The notes under the pieces were generated by a model. It was given only the letters and a program-made list of their open reading frames with translations, was not told where the DNA came from and ran no database searches. The position numbers were made by a program, and so were the translations under genes. Below are positions 32,701 to 39,725 of a stretch of DNA of 64,000 nucleotides, in pieces; the first letter of the stretch is position 1, and each line of letters begins with the position of its first letter. This DNA comes from a virus. The DNA is taken from positions 27,253 through 91,252 of IMG/VR virus record IMGVR_UViG_3300028192_000001; one strand, written 5' to 3'.

Positions 32701-33639
32701 ATAATTTATTGCACCAAGTATTTCACTTGCAACATCAATTTTTGTATTTGCAGTTTTTGTTAAAATTTTTAAAACACCATGCATTGAAGCATGATTACCA
32801 CATTGATAAAATAAAGAGTCTGGTGCAGTTGTTGGTATTGTAAAAATAACCGTACCACTATCTGTACCATTATTAGTAACACCATTAGTATATAAAACTG
32901 ACGTACTTCCATCTAATGCAAGACCACTTGGAACTGGTTCTGTCATAATATAGAAAGGATGACCCGATGCATCAACTTTAAACTTGTATGTATTTCCTCT
33001 ATATAATGTCATTGCTGGATTATTTTCTGCTGGTCTTGTTGAAAACAAATAAGCACTTATAGTACTGCCATCAGCAGTTAAATTTTTTACAGAAATTTCT
33101 GTTTGAGCATTTGTGGCATTTGAATCGATTTTTATAGATGATGGGCCATTTGGCAACCAAAAATACTCTCTATAATTAATTAATTTGTCTAAATCAACAA
33201 ACGGATTCCATGAATATGTTTTTTCTTTTGTTAGATTATCATGATTATCAACTGGCGCATTTAAATATTTTAATTGATTAATATAATCATCATATGTTGC
33301 TGTAAACTTAACTTGATCTTGAGGACTAATCGACGATGTATCTTTGTCTGTATAAGTTACGGTAGGTTCTAATTGATAACTTGTTCTACTTTTTGTTGTT
33401 GCTGTTAAGTATCTATCAGTTATTGATCTAGTATAAGCATCTAATCGACCAATATACCCATCTAATCTATCTAACTTACCCTTTTGAATAATTTGATCTA
33501 ATGTACTACTTAAAAACTTTTCATTTGCATCAGTTCTATAGTATGACGGTAAATGAGCAATAGTTCTTCTATATTGAATTCCTTCTTTATCTGTAACTAC
33601 TTCAAAGGTTTTTGTACTGTTTATTGATTCGTCTGCCAT
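20725..33639 (-). CDS. Giant 4304-aa baseplate wedge/virion protein (gp7-like position) with cupredoxin-like domain, FG-GAP propeller repeats and GDGST-type repeats
   Basis: Single uninterrupted ORF after gp6-like gene; KPFHTKIRE motif; FG/GAP repeats at ~26000-27330; HPF...CGNHASM. Confidence 0.8.
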   Translation of the reverse strand: MADESINSTKTFEVVTDKEGIQYRRTIAHLPSYYRTDANEKFLSSTLDQIIQKGKLDRLDGYIGRLDAYTRSITDRYLTATTKSRTSYQLEPTVTYTDKDTSSISPQDQVKFTATYDDYINQLKYLNAPVDNHDNLTKEKTYSWNPFVDLDKLINYREYFWLPNGPSSIKIDSNATNAQTEISVKNLTADGSTISAYLFSTRPAENNPAMTLYRGNTYKFKVDASGHPFYIMTEPVPSGLALDGSTSVLYTNGVTNNGTDSGTVIFTIPTTAPDSLFYQCGNHASMHGVLKILTKTANTKIDVASEILGAINYTTSSGVALSNGMKVQFGTNVVNSTVYADKDFYVEGVGKNITLTDIDTLITPEPYATETTILYDSVGFDSRPYAKAFYRPDVHDYITIKRSAVDQNAWSRYNRWFHRSVIEATATANGSALALDESDRAKRPIIEFNSNLALYNYGTVAKKSVALVDNVTTDVFSSMVNQTGYFVDGIKVTDGMRILFTADTDKLVRNKIYNVSFVTILGTTRIALQLAEVSDTHPIDGEQVYVEFGKVNQGKTLHYSTSAGPNRDEETWIEGQIKSKVNQQPLFDLHDDEGVSFSNDLVYGSTNFAGSTLFGFKISTTATTDTILGLKVKYNTINNVGDMVFESDVNSGSFKYKSGDDFVIKSYASGFVHETTGLLTYKNKTNWSERATNSKQRVKRTYFATATEKKLFPIDVYKNSASLDLEVDVKVNGVHKQFNKDYVLANGTTNKFVKFAKDLTLHDIVTVYIWSSATKVDNKGIYEVPDGLSNNPLNESLDTFTYGQISNHLINVAERNNEITGVVPGVTNFRDHSETYLKGGGIQQHIGSIVPAMFNLIDRESNFVSALDYANLEYQKFKESFLTQSTGTTYEGNAVDRVDEILKILTKNKTNTSPFYYEDMLGFGEKVSSRTYTVQDSTQTEYTLDNQFSSTTLSNRAVYVYQNDVQLVLGTDYIFSTTDDSVNIKATLTANDIIKIKDYSDTTGSYIPLTPTKLGMYPKFTPEKITDNTYRTSQTVIVGHDGSRTIAYGDYRDDLLLELEKRIYNNIKSTYNPELFNIHDILPSAFNKKGFTLTEVNSVLSRDFYNWAGRNNIDFRKNSIYDVADTFTFNYSNSIDINSEAEIGNWRGMFYYYYDTDRPHTHPWEMLGYSEKPSLWEANYGPAPYTAGNEVLWDDLERGYDVITGKVNKRYARSGLKYRIPTNANGYLASPVTVVGEFTRSNISQPWKFGDQGPAETAWRRNSGYAFSVIKVMAILNSCKFFGVHLDSSRLVKNVVGNYVTSGTGLRQKLLTAKYHLETSVNTETNVTTRYQTAGYQPYAVNYLISQNLDPAKFYYDKMKNLDVQLAYKLGGFTDKANLKILTDSISPGSTSGSQFLPTENYKVYFRTSNPVNKFYYSGVLIERNSTISLDGSSIEPGYRVVGYDINSPIFYMYLPIKNSNNHVIKFGDSRVVVYKEYVKVAQPVVYGTVFETIQDVSDFLQGYGKYLEDQGFEFDVFSRELQKTINWENAINEFVYWTTQGWAAGSAITVSPGASGFNLNTKKSVVGKLKDVYNKYTVLDAGGRSISEKDISVKRSGNIFNIVSKNDNIGIYGIQLYSVEKEHLLLLDNKTVFSDIVYDKVTGFRQQRLRLIGWKTADWNGGYHAPGFLFDEAKVSLWIANTDYNIGDTVEYNAKFYVANVNHNSGIEFDYKQWIKKSSKPSSELYPNFDYKIAQFNDFYDLETNNFDEGQQVLAQHLTGYQSRDYLENLFVNDISQYKFYQGFIREKGTQSAINKLTRAKFLDENIELSVYPEWLIRTGTFGNVDGKKSIQIKMDDRKFLQDPQSVELLDTTNDALSFNKSASIPSADFYDKPLEYTPSITFDQYDYTKEGCDRDFVQFFKTAGYPRFDDVQHTAFNISDIVNLDASKLDNQDLIWIANDKMNDWDVLRIARTELRLIQLQSINEDTQLEIGFNYAHNFKVGDYTLVTGSEYPAINKVFEIKSVTAPDKVIVDYNENISELIGITDQSTKDSYGDISKFVSARYSSVDDINDILSVEDYIVKDEVNDISGDKVFIDNPGGTWKVYEKISSLNFNRILSPDRSDNQNFGFKVVARSDGRTVIASAPDYSQGSISFFFRKEATSGEAFSLLESKTMISNNDITSRLGYSLSMSTDENFVVAGAPYNNTSIDGSTEQADQGLVKFYKWDSTNFQYELGGTIYAPYDNSTTRIGLNFGWDHAIAEPGISSTLLTTEKYMFISAPGYDNDTGIVFQYNWSVGVDGSTYNTWTQVASIQPEEVNSGYRFGHQVVTNDTADILAVSSQAPGYAGSVHIFKRTSHTNDGSTQYTWSEQQVLTGVSSDGSSKNIAFGDSLAMDKDGTALIVGAPGVDVQDGSTSVLKDDSGAVYYYKWNADGSTNTYTLQQTLNAPGTNTNVKFGSTVNINQSGNRIAIGAVGADNPRTMRFDFGATTFDLQDTNIVDINREAGVVYVGTKYDTKFIIDERLINDKVSTGDQFGKSVFLTDNSIFVGSPRDDAALTVDGSTTFMDDGSISHYDLKTNGKYGWNLLRTEEPLIDNNKIESAFIFDRSSHSIITYLNYFDPIKGRIFGVADREIKYKTTWDPAEYNYNTAGNTNAETAWGEEHIGETWWDLSKVKWIWYEQGDQEYKTKNWGKIFPGSSVDIYEWIETTLLPSEWETQADTSVGLPERISGTPVAPDDTTFTIKQKYDSAKDDFINYYYYWVRNSTFVPLESEAPLPQVGTSVMIRTNSTAYISNIITNPKLSGFKYFTVSDKNKLILWNIKSNLLNDNVVLNIDYRDNENAGDSHKVWKIYAEGDPAIQPTTALETKWWDSLCGTDLLGSIVPDQTLPINRKYGTELRPRQSWYVDRFKALEEIIQYTNTILKENQLVGTIKFANLNSVDPEPGITSLEWDGSVETYADLTYVNTKDLSGIVNYLVKADETAGGNWSIYKWDSTSWSRTKLQTYKTSNYWSYIDWYASGVTIDTKFEKQVTNQYELDILNVPINSYVKVLNSDSGGWKIYKYSATGWENVATQNGTIQISSKIYDYTIDDTGFAGDDTFDENFFDREPIIETRSILTALRDDIFTGSLIKEYNTIFFIGLRYVLSEQPYVNWLFKSSFLNITNSLRPLNQRKTYTVGKDDYVEKYIKEIKPFHTKIREYKLKYTNQEIHGGIHTDFDLPPFYDASKNKVRPPEPEAETDTELMTTYPYKLWKDYYTKHVKSINITNAGTGYVKVPTISFVGGTVEDTGPYTVLGTSTSGASSGSYGHFYPLYTIQTSANVADKQNGGTGVSHSHSFDEYPTRTFYMPTSNTNHGIAVNPGTYKIFSPGVKTHATAKAIISEGKISKIKLLTKGSGYTTTPEIIITGGTNDDTTPLDIAKASVVLNNDLVRDFDTTIRFDRVKSTGEVSAWATNTTYEYGVLIRYNNELYRTTQRITTSTKFSLAGLVKLRGDESYITAAERIKGMYTPSSGMPGLELSQVMTGVDYGGVMVTGLTFGSEQGWDKSGWFEQPWDSYGSGRVRTFYGDGSTRTFIFATAPSPTEVYTVYFDDVRQVNEVHRGDESTASFTLSTAPGNGVKIEFIPFDDDGVQTPTDDRTIDSLIYGGTFGSALGVDPEQVITEGDAFVSPDTSYAPEEAVPGQLFDTLDIQVYSAPESGVPFIVEKNYICDGNTATFDIGQTPGTKAAVSVVLDNVRKRSPTHYTVNIANKTITLGSTPSVGQKLTVKSFAISGQQYMVLDSFTGDGSTTAFKTATRENFNADSSISQLYITIDGEPTTAYTTTTIANTITVNFNSAPTTGQAIQIAGFNQTLGSGRAYAQIQSSIITYDGSTTRYALTYPVGTYGPYAGLTILEHNGKVLRGPDNTYYSGDGSTYSYGVVSGLSDDSTVDPAKTITLASQVEVYINGTIKLLNVDYTIDLAGQKVNLLIPPADTDVIAITTNVDNHYSYVGSDIVLKTTQLATDGITLNANDTILATTFNNALGMNLKREVLEGRTTGVHKLYNTPLNSNYVYVWFNTIPLQQGFDYTVSGNTVKIVGRTITNADRIDIMYFAVRSETRQTGFRIFKDMLNRTFYKRISKAGTTTLANDLFESDKTITVKDGSVLGEVDGTTELPGVIFIDKERIEYFIKSGNILSRVRRGTLGTGIKAHIGGSTVVDASGKQTVPYSDTIYSNTHTGNGSKVSFTTTIAPSSASQLDIFIGGQRLLLTSEDGSTVNYSVDGSTANVVLSSPPAANVQVKILQKKGQVWYTQGLSTASDGNGLQQSITNQARFIADEPTNSPE

Positions 33640-33641
33640 CT

Positions 33642-36600
33642 TTAATATCCAGTACCACTAACTGTCCCTGATCCGGTTGTAGTGGTTCCTGATACTACTG
33701 ATGTTGACCTTGCTGTTGTCGTAGTAGTAGTGGTTGATGTTACAACTGTGCCTAATGCTTGGAGTTGATTTGCTCCAATGGCATCAATTATTGATACATC
33801 ATCAACAGTGGCCCCACTAATGAATATTTCGTTTGATGCACCCGATATTTGAAATAAAGATCCAAATACTTGTCCTGCTTGATTAGGCACAATTACAACT
33901 GTTAATAAATCTGGTGCAAGTCTATTATGAATGTGTGCCGCAAGTTCTGTAAAGTAAAAAGTATCACCAAAGTCAAAATTATCTAATGCAAAAAATTCAT
34001 TAATTGCTTCTACAACCAATGTTTTTACTATCGCATTTGAAATATTTGTCCCTGTATTTTTAACAACTTTAAATGTTGCTTGATATTCTTCGTCTGCTTG
34101 AGTACCAAAAAGAATTTTATAAGATACAGAATGATAGATTATTTGATCTGACAATCCTTTTAACTCATCTAATTTTCCGGAATAATTTATTCTTAATTGG
34201 TCGGACGTACTAGAAGCAGGTCTTTTGCCTCCACTTTGTAACCATATTCTAAATAAATTATCATATGATCTTTCAAGTACATATAAATCAATTATATTAG
34301 ATACCGAAGGATCTATTCTAGTATTACTTCCTGCAAAATGTTTATACTGAAAATACAAACTTCCTCTTCCTTTTCTTGCAAGATACTCTGTTGTTATAAC
34401 TAATGAATTTGTTGTACTATCATATTTTTTAATTACATCTTCGGTTAAATCGTAAAAATAAAATAATTGTCCATTTGTATATGACCCTGGTAATGTAATA
34501 CTTGATTCGTTTTGAGCAATAACAAAATTTGTTGATGCATACGGTCTATATCTTTCTATGTTATTATCTGTTGAAACATATTTTTCATAAAATACAAATT
34601 TTGTAGATTCACTTAAAGTTGGTTCTACTATAATATCAAATAATTCAGGATTATCTACAACTCCATCATCATCAGAATCATAAAATCCAACGTTAACTTT
34701 CCGATTATCTTGATAACCATCTGATTCACTAATTGTATCAACTATTTGCCATTCTAACGGATATCCTACTGCATATCCTGAACTAACAAGAACATTATTT
34801 TTTAACATAGTCACAGTATCTTTTTTAGTTTGTCCTGTTTTGTAATCATAAATTTTTTCTTGTGGATCAAAATAAAATTTATTTTGTCCTGCTGATTCAA
34901 AAATATAATCTAATTTTCTATAAGTTACTGTATAAATTACGCCATCATTAGTAAAATTAAACCACCAACTTTGATCTAAATTAGTGCCTGATTCATCTCC
35001 AGTGAATCCTAAACTAAACACTGAACTAGAACTTACATTTGTTGTTGTTATAACTTTCCATTCACCTTTTGTTTCATCATATCTTAATGCAAAATCTTCA
35101 TATGCAGAAACTCTATCTTGAATATCTGTTTTTAATGTTGTACCAAGTACTGTTGCTAATTGTGGGAATACTCCTTTTACAACGGCATTATCTGGAATAA
35201 TATCTGCTATTGTAATTGGACCCACTCCTGATTCTAAATTTCCTACTCCACCATTTGCACCATCTCCTACAACTGTTGCTACTTTGGCCCATGATCTATC
35301 TTCTGCATTATCAGTACCTGCTGTAACAAATGCTCCATTTAAAAATTCTCTAGTATCTCCTGATGTAAATTTAATTAATGCTCCAGGTTTAACATATTTT
35401 AAATTACTAGTAGCATAGTCTCCTACAACTAACGGTCCACCTGCATGAATGTATCCTGTGTTTGCATTGGTACTTGTTGTAGTACTATTCCAATATGTAC
35501 CTAATACTGTAAGATCTTTTGTACCATACTTGTGATAATAAAATTGTCTTGAATATGCTTGTTTTAATTTCGATTCAACTTTAGTGTTTAATACATTTAA
35601 AATATCATTTTTATTTTTAAAAGTAAAAGTAAATGCTGGTGTTGTTTCTTCTCTATATAAAATTCCATCATCTGCAACAACATTTACATTAGAATAAGAT
35701 CCTGTTGGATCAATTACTTCTTTTGCTCTTGATATTCCTGATGCTGTTCTATTAACTGATCTAATTTTAATAATTTCTTGCGATGCTGACAACGGAACCA
35801 CATTATAATCTTCTGCTGTAATCATTCTATTTTGTGAATAATAAACTTGTGGTGCTTTTTCTTTAATTGAAAACGTTGTTTCAGATGTGGCTGAATTATA
35901 AATTGAATGCTCTAATCCTGTTGAAACTGTAAGAATTTGATTACCTCCATTTTTATCTATATAAGGTATACTAAATTGTATGTTTTTTAAATCTAAAGGT
36001 TGAATACTATACTTTGCATTATCCGATGTTCTATAATATACTCTAAATCTTCCTATTGGAAGATCTGCAAAATTTCCATCACCAAAAATTAATTCAATAC
36101 TATCATCATTTTTTGTAACAACATTGTAAATGCTTCTAATATTTGCTGATAATGAATTATAGATAACATTATTTCCTGATAAACTAGAAACTTGTTTCCA
36201 TAATTTATATGGCGAGCCGAAATCATCAAGTTGCCATAACCACACATCACTATCGTTTATATTATTAACATTAATTTGTTTAACTAAATTTGTTACTGCT
36301 TGATCAACTGTAAACTCTTCTGATGCTAAATTTCCTTGTTTAAACAAAGCAAAAAATCCTGTATTGTTTGATGAATCTCCTGCGCCATCTGTTCTATAAG
36401 CATATGAAAATCCACTTCCTGGAATTGGTACTGATTCATATATTACTTCTGCTTCTGCTATTGTTGCCGAAACTATTTCAAATTTCCTTGTAATACCACT
36501 TATTGATCTTGCAAATGTATAAATTGGAAGATCTGTATTCCTTGAACTTGTCATATAAATTTCTGTATCAATATTTCCAATTTTATCTGATTCTAATGGT

Positions 36601-37115
36601 GTTCCAAAAAGTTGTCCTGTTTGATTAACAGCATTTAATATATTAATAAAATGTTCTCTATAATTTGGATTTGCCGCATCATTCCATCGTACGGTCATAC
36701 CTCCTAGATCTGTTCCAGCACTATCCTTAACATCTTCTGTTGTTGATATTGTACTAAATTTTAAAAGTCCAACTGACGATTTATTTCTACTTGCATTGTA
36801 ATTAATAAGTCTTGCTAATCGTAAAACGGAATTTCTTCTTGACGCTGTTTCTATGAAATTTTCTCTAGCATTTAAATCAACTCTGAATGATAATGATTGT
36901 GCGATATAGGCAATTAAATCAAGTAACGCAACATATTCAGATGATTCTATAAAATCATTAAAGTCGTCTGGATAATTTTCTCTAATATACGATACCATTG
37001 TTCTACGAATGGTTTCAAAATCATAAGATTTAAAATCCGCTTGACGGAATGCAGTATAGATCTTTCTCCAATCTTCTGCAACTAATAATCTGTTTTGTCG
37101 TTCTGTAGTGGCCAT
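33642..37115 (-). CDS. gp6: Baseplate wedge subunit (T4 gp6-like)
   Basis: DFETIR..M..Y..ENYPDDFNDF.ESS, ENFIETASRRNSVLRLA, FGDGNF, QNRMITAEDY. Confidence 0.85.
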   Translation of the reverse strand: MATTERQNRLLVAEDWRKIYTAFRQADFKSYDFETIRRTMVSYIRENYPDDFNDFIESSEYVALLDLIAYIAQSLSFRVDLNARENFIETASRRNSVLRLARLINYNASRNKSSVGLLKFSTISTTEDVKDSAGTDLGGMTVRWNDAANPNYREHFINILNAVNQTGQLFGTPLESDKIGNIDTEIYMTSSRNTDLPIYTFARSISGITRKFEIVSATIAEAEVIYESVPIPGSGFSYAYRTDGAGDSSNNTGFFALFKQGNLASEEFTVDQAVTNLVKQINVNNINDSDVWLWQLDDFGSPYKLWKQVSSLSGNNVIYNSLSANIRSIYNVVTKNDDSIELIFGDGNFADLPIGRFRVYYRTSDNAKYSIQPLDLKNIQFSIPYIDKNGGNQILTVSTGLEHSIYNSATSETTFSIKEKAPQVYYSQNRMITAEDYNVVPLSASQEIIKIRSVNRTASGISRAKEVIDPTGSYSNVNVVADDGILYREETTPAFTFTFKNKNDILNVLNTKVESKLKQAYSRQFYYHKYGTKDLTVLGTYWNSTTTSTNANTGYIHAGGPLVVGDYATSNLKYVKPGALIKFTSGDTREFLNGAFVTAGTDNAEDRSWAKVATVVGDGANGGVGNLESGVGPITIADIIPDNAVVKGVFPQLATVLGTTLKTDIQDRVSAYEDFALRYDETKGEWKVITTTNVSSSSVFSLGFTGDESGTNLDQSWWFNFTNDGVIYTVTYRKLDYIFESAGQNKFYFDPQEKIYDYKTGQTKKDTVTMLKNNVLVSSGYAVGYPLEWQIVDTISESDGYQDNRKVNVGFYDSDDDGVVDNPELFDIIVEPTLSESTKFVFYEKYVSTDNNIERYRPYASTNFVIAQNESSITLPGSYTNGQLFYFYDLTEDVIKKYDSTTNSLVITTEYLARKGRGSLYFQYKHFAGSNTRIDPSVSNIIDLYVLERSYDNLFRIWLQSGGKRPASSTSDQLRINYSGKLDELKGLSDQIIYHSVSYKILFGTQADEEYQATFKVVKNTGTNISNAIVKTLVVEAINEFFALDNFDFGDTFYFTELAAHIHNRLAPDLLTVVIVPNQAGQVFGSLFQISGASNEIFISGATVDDVSIIDAIGANQLQALGTVVTSTTTTTTTARSTSVVSGTTTTGSGTVSGTGY

Positions 37116-37158
37116 AATGTTTAATAACGATATTTATAGTATTAGTAATATGCGTGTA

Positions 37159-37548
37159 TTAAGATAGACGCAAAGATGAATCTTGATCAAATCTAAATAC
37201 TAATTTTTCTGTAATATCATATGGAACATAAGTCAAGGATGCCTCGACAGCAATTCCATGGTCATATTGTGTAACCCTAATATTTTCTGTTGAAAGACGT
37301 GGATCAGCATTTAATTGTTCGGTTATATCCTCTGCAATTACTTTTTTTACTACCTCTGTTAAAGGTTCAAACAAAGTATCGTATATAATCGTACCAAAAT
37401 TAGGATTTTCAACCCTTTCACCCTTTCTTACAGACAACCTGTTAAGTAAATCTTGCTTAATTAATTCAAAATCATAAAGTTTAAAATTAGATCTATCTGC
37501 TCTTGAACTAAATCCTCTAAATGTTTGCCCTTTTCTATTATCTGCCAT
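37159..37548 (-). CDS. gp25: Baseplate wedge subunit (gp25/GPW family)
   Basis: LIKQDLLN....KGERVENPNFGT.I...LFEP...DPRL; ATG at 37548 overlaps upstream TAA. Confidence 0.9.
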   Translation of the reverse strand: MADNRKGQTFRGFSSRADRSNFKLYDFELIKQDLLNRLSVRKGERVENPNFGTIIYDTLFEPLTEVVKKVIAEDITEQLNADPRLSTENIRVTQYDHGIAVEASLTYVPYDITEKLVFRFDQDSSLRLS

Positions 37549-39719
37549 TACCAACCAAATACCTTTCCTATGCTACGTTTAACTGAAGCAATTTTTTTAT
37601 TAAAACTATTTTTTATCGTATCAATTTGAGTAACTGAAACAACATTATCACCTACAATGCTTTTATAAACTTTTTTTGTTTTATTTACATTCTTAATAAT
37701 ATTTGATCCAGTACTACTATTTTGAACATACCCACCAATATGAGGTGAATGAATGTCACCAAGTATATTTCCGGTGGTTGTAACTCCGCTGTTTTTTATA
37801 CTTGTTAAATCGTTAACAACACTTTTAAAATTTGTAGATATTTTTTGAGATAAGTCTCCATCTACAGATATTATTCCTGATGCATTAGCAAAAACTGAAT
37901 TTTTAAACAAATTATTAGTATCACCTTTAATTTGTGAAATTGTTTCATTTACTATTGATGAAATATTTTTATTCAACGGTGCTATTGCAAAATCCAAATG
38001 TGGATTTTTAGTTATAGGCAACTTATACAACTTGCTGTAATTTTTTGTAAAATCGTTTGCAACTTTTGTTAGTTTTGATACATCTATTGTTTTACTAAGA
38101 TTATTAAAGTTTATATTTTCTTTTAAATCTGCTTTAAATTGTCCTAACTTTGCAACTATATTATTATTTGTTCTATTCAGTTGTTGTAAATGCTCTACAG
38201 TTCCAACTGTGGATGCCAATGACATCCAACTTGAAAACCTACCCTTCCATGGATGACTACCTGTGCTTACAAATTCTGTTAATCCATGCTTCAATCCAAA
38301 ATGTTCTTCAAATGGTTCATGCGTTGGAACTCTCATACCATTCATTGATTGATTCAATCCTTGTTCAAATTTTAAAGGTTCTCGTTTACCTTTGTTAGAA
38401 GTATCAACATCTCCAACTGGCACAACTAAAAGACCTGATAAACTTCGAGCAATCCCTGGATTTGGCGTAATAGTATTATGATGAACTGTTAAGCCTGCAA
38501 GGTGGAAATTTCCTGCTGTATGATGTTGCTGTCCTAATGATGCAAAAGATGTAATCGTTCCTGCATCAACTTTTGTTGTAATCCTACCAGCCTTTGCATA
38601 TAAGTTAATTCCTAAATTTGAATGTTCTTTAATCATCATTCCGTCTAAAGTAATGTCACCTTTGGATTTCATTTTAATTTGTCCTCCTGCGTACATACTA
38701 ATATTTGCATCACTATGAAAATTCATATTATTTTTTGACCTAATTGACAATCCACTACCTGCGTAAATATCAATAGCACCATTTTCTGCAAATTGCATCC
38801 ACGCCTCACCTGAACCATTTGCAATATACACAACACCTTCAGTATCATGCAATAAAATTTGATGACCAGATGATGTTCTTAATCTTATCAATTGGTTATC
38901 TCCGTCTACATCACCATCATCCATTACAAATGTATGGCCAGGTAAACGATTAACTTGCGTTTCTTTAATGCTATCAGTAGGCCCTTGCTTTTCAAATTTT
39001 GCAGATTTGTCTAACGGTCCTGGTGTGCTTATTCCAAATACATTACTAGGTGTTTCACGTCTAGCAGAAGATGATGTTGTTCCTCTATCTACATCTTGAA
39101 TTAATCCTTGCTTTCTTAATGTTTCTGCAAACGGATGTATAGGTTTTGAAACTTTATCATAACTTCCCCCATTTGTATTCCATGCGTTCCTGTTAAGTTC
39201 TCCTGCTGGCACAAAATCTGTTCCATAAAGTGATTCTTTTGATAGTCCTGCATGGGGACCACCTTTTATATCTTGTGGCATTGTTTTTTCAGATGCCGCA
39301 ATACCAGGTATCATATGATTAGTATAGGCATCTTGTATACACCCAATCCAAAATGCATTTGATATTTTTCCTTCAGCAAAAATTACTAATACTCGTGAAT
39401 CAATATCTGGTGGTATTGCCCACATACCATACGAGTGTTGACTTTTTTTATAATCATATGGATCTGACCCGTCAGTAACTGCTACACTTTTGGATCCATA
39501 AAATGGTGACAAATATTCACATATTACTAATTGGCCAGCAGTCGCTTTAATATCTTTTACAATTGATGGTATAAGAACTCCTAATCTTCCCATTTTTTCA
39601 GGATCTACATTTTGCTTAACAACACCAATATAAGGGCCTGAATTTATTTGCTGGTATGAGTCATCTTTTTTTGGCGCTTTAACTGTTGCTATATCACCAC
39701 TTAAATTTATATTTGTCAT
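37548..39719 (-). CDS. Baseplate hub/spike (gp5/VgrG-like OB-fold plus beta-helix; no recognisable lysozyme domain)
   Basis: DPEKMGRLGV.IP, YGMWAIPPD, GHTFVMDDG...IRLRTSSGHQILLHD, RVPTHEP. Confidence 0.8.
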   Translation of the reverse strand: MTNINLSGDIATVKAPKKDDSYQQINSGPYIGVVKQNVDPEKMGRLGVLIPSIVKDIKATAGQLVICEYLSPFYGSKSVAVTDGSDPYDYKKSQHSYGMWAIPPDIDSRVLVIFAEGKISNAFWIGCIQDAYTNHMIPGIAASEKTMPQDIKGGPHAGLSKESLYGTDFVPAGELNRNAWNTNGGSYDKVSKPIHPFAETLRKQGLIQDVDRGTTSSSARRETPSNVFGISTPGPLDKSAKFEKQGPTDSIKETQVNRLPGHTFVMDDGDVDGDNQLIRLRTSSGHQILLHDTEGVVYIANGSGEAWMQFAENGAIDIYAGSGLSIRSKNNMNFHSDANISMYAGGQIKMKSKGDITLDGMMIKEHSNLGINLYAKAGRITTKVDAGTITSFASLGQQHHTAGNFHLAGLTVHHNTITPNPGIARSLSGLLVVPVGDVDTSNKGKREPLKFEQGLNQSMNGMRVPTHEPFEEHFGLKHGLTEFVSTGSHPWKGRFSSWMSLASTVGTVEHLQQLNRTNNNIVAKLGQFKADLKENINFNNLSKTIDVSKLTKVANDFTKNYSKLYKLPITKNPHLDFAIAPLNKNISSIVNETISQIKGDTNNLFKNSVFANASGIISVDGDLSQKISTNFKSVVNDLTSIKNSGVTTTGNILGDIHSPHIGGYVQNSSTGSNIIKNVNKTKKVYKSIVGDNVVSVTQIDTIKNSFNKKIASVKRSIGKVFGW

Positions 39720-39725
39720 TACAAT

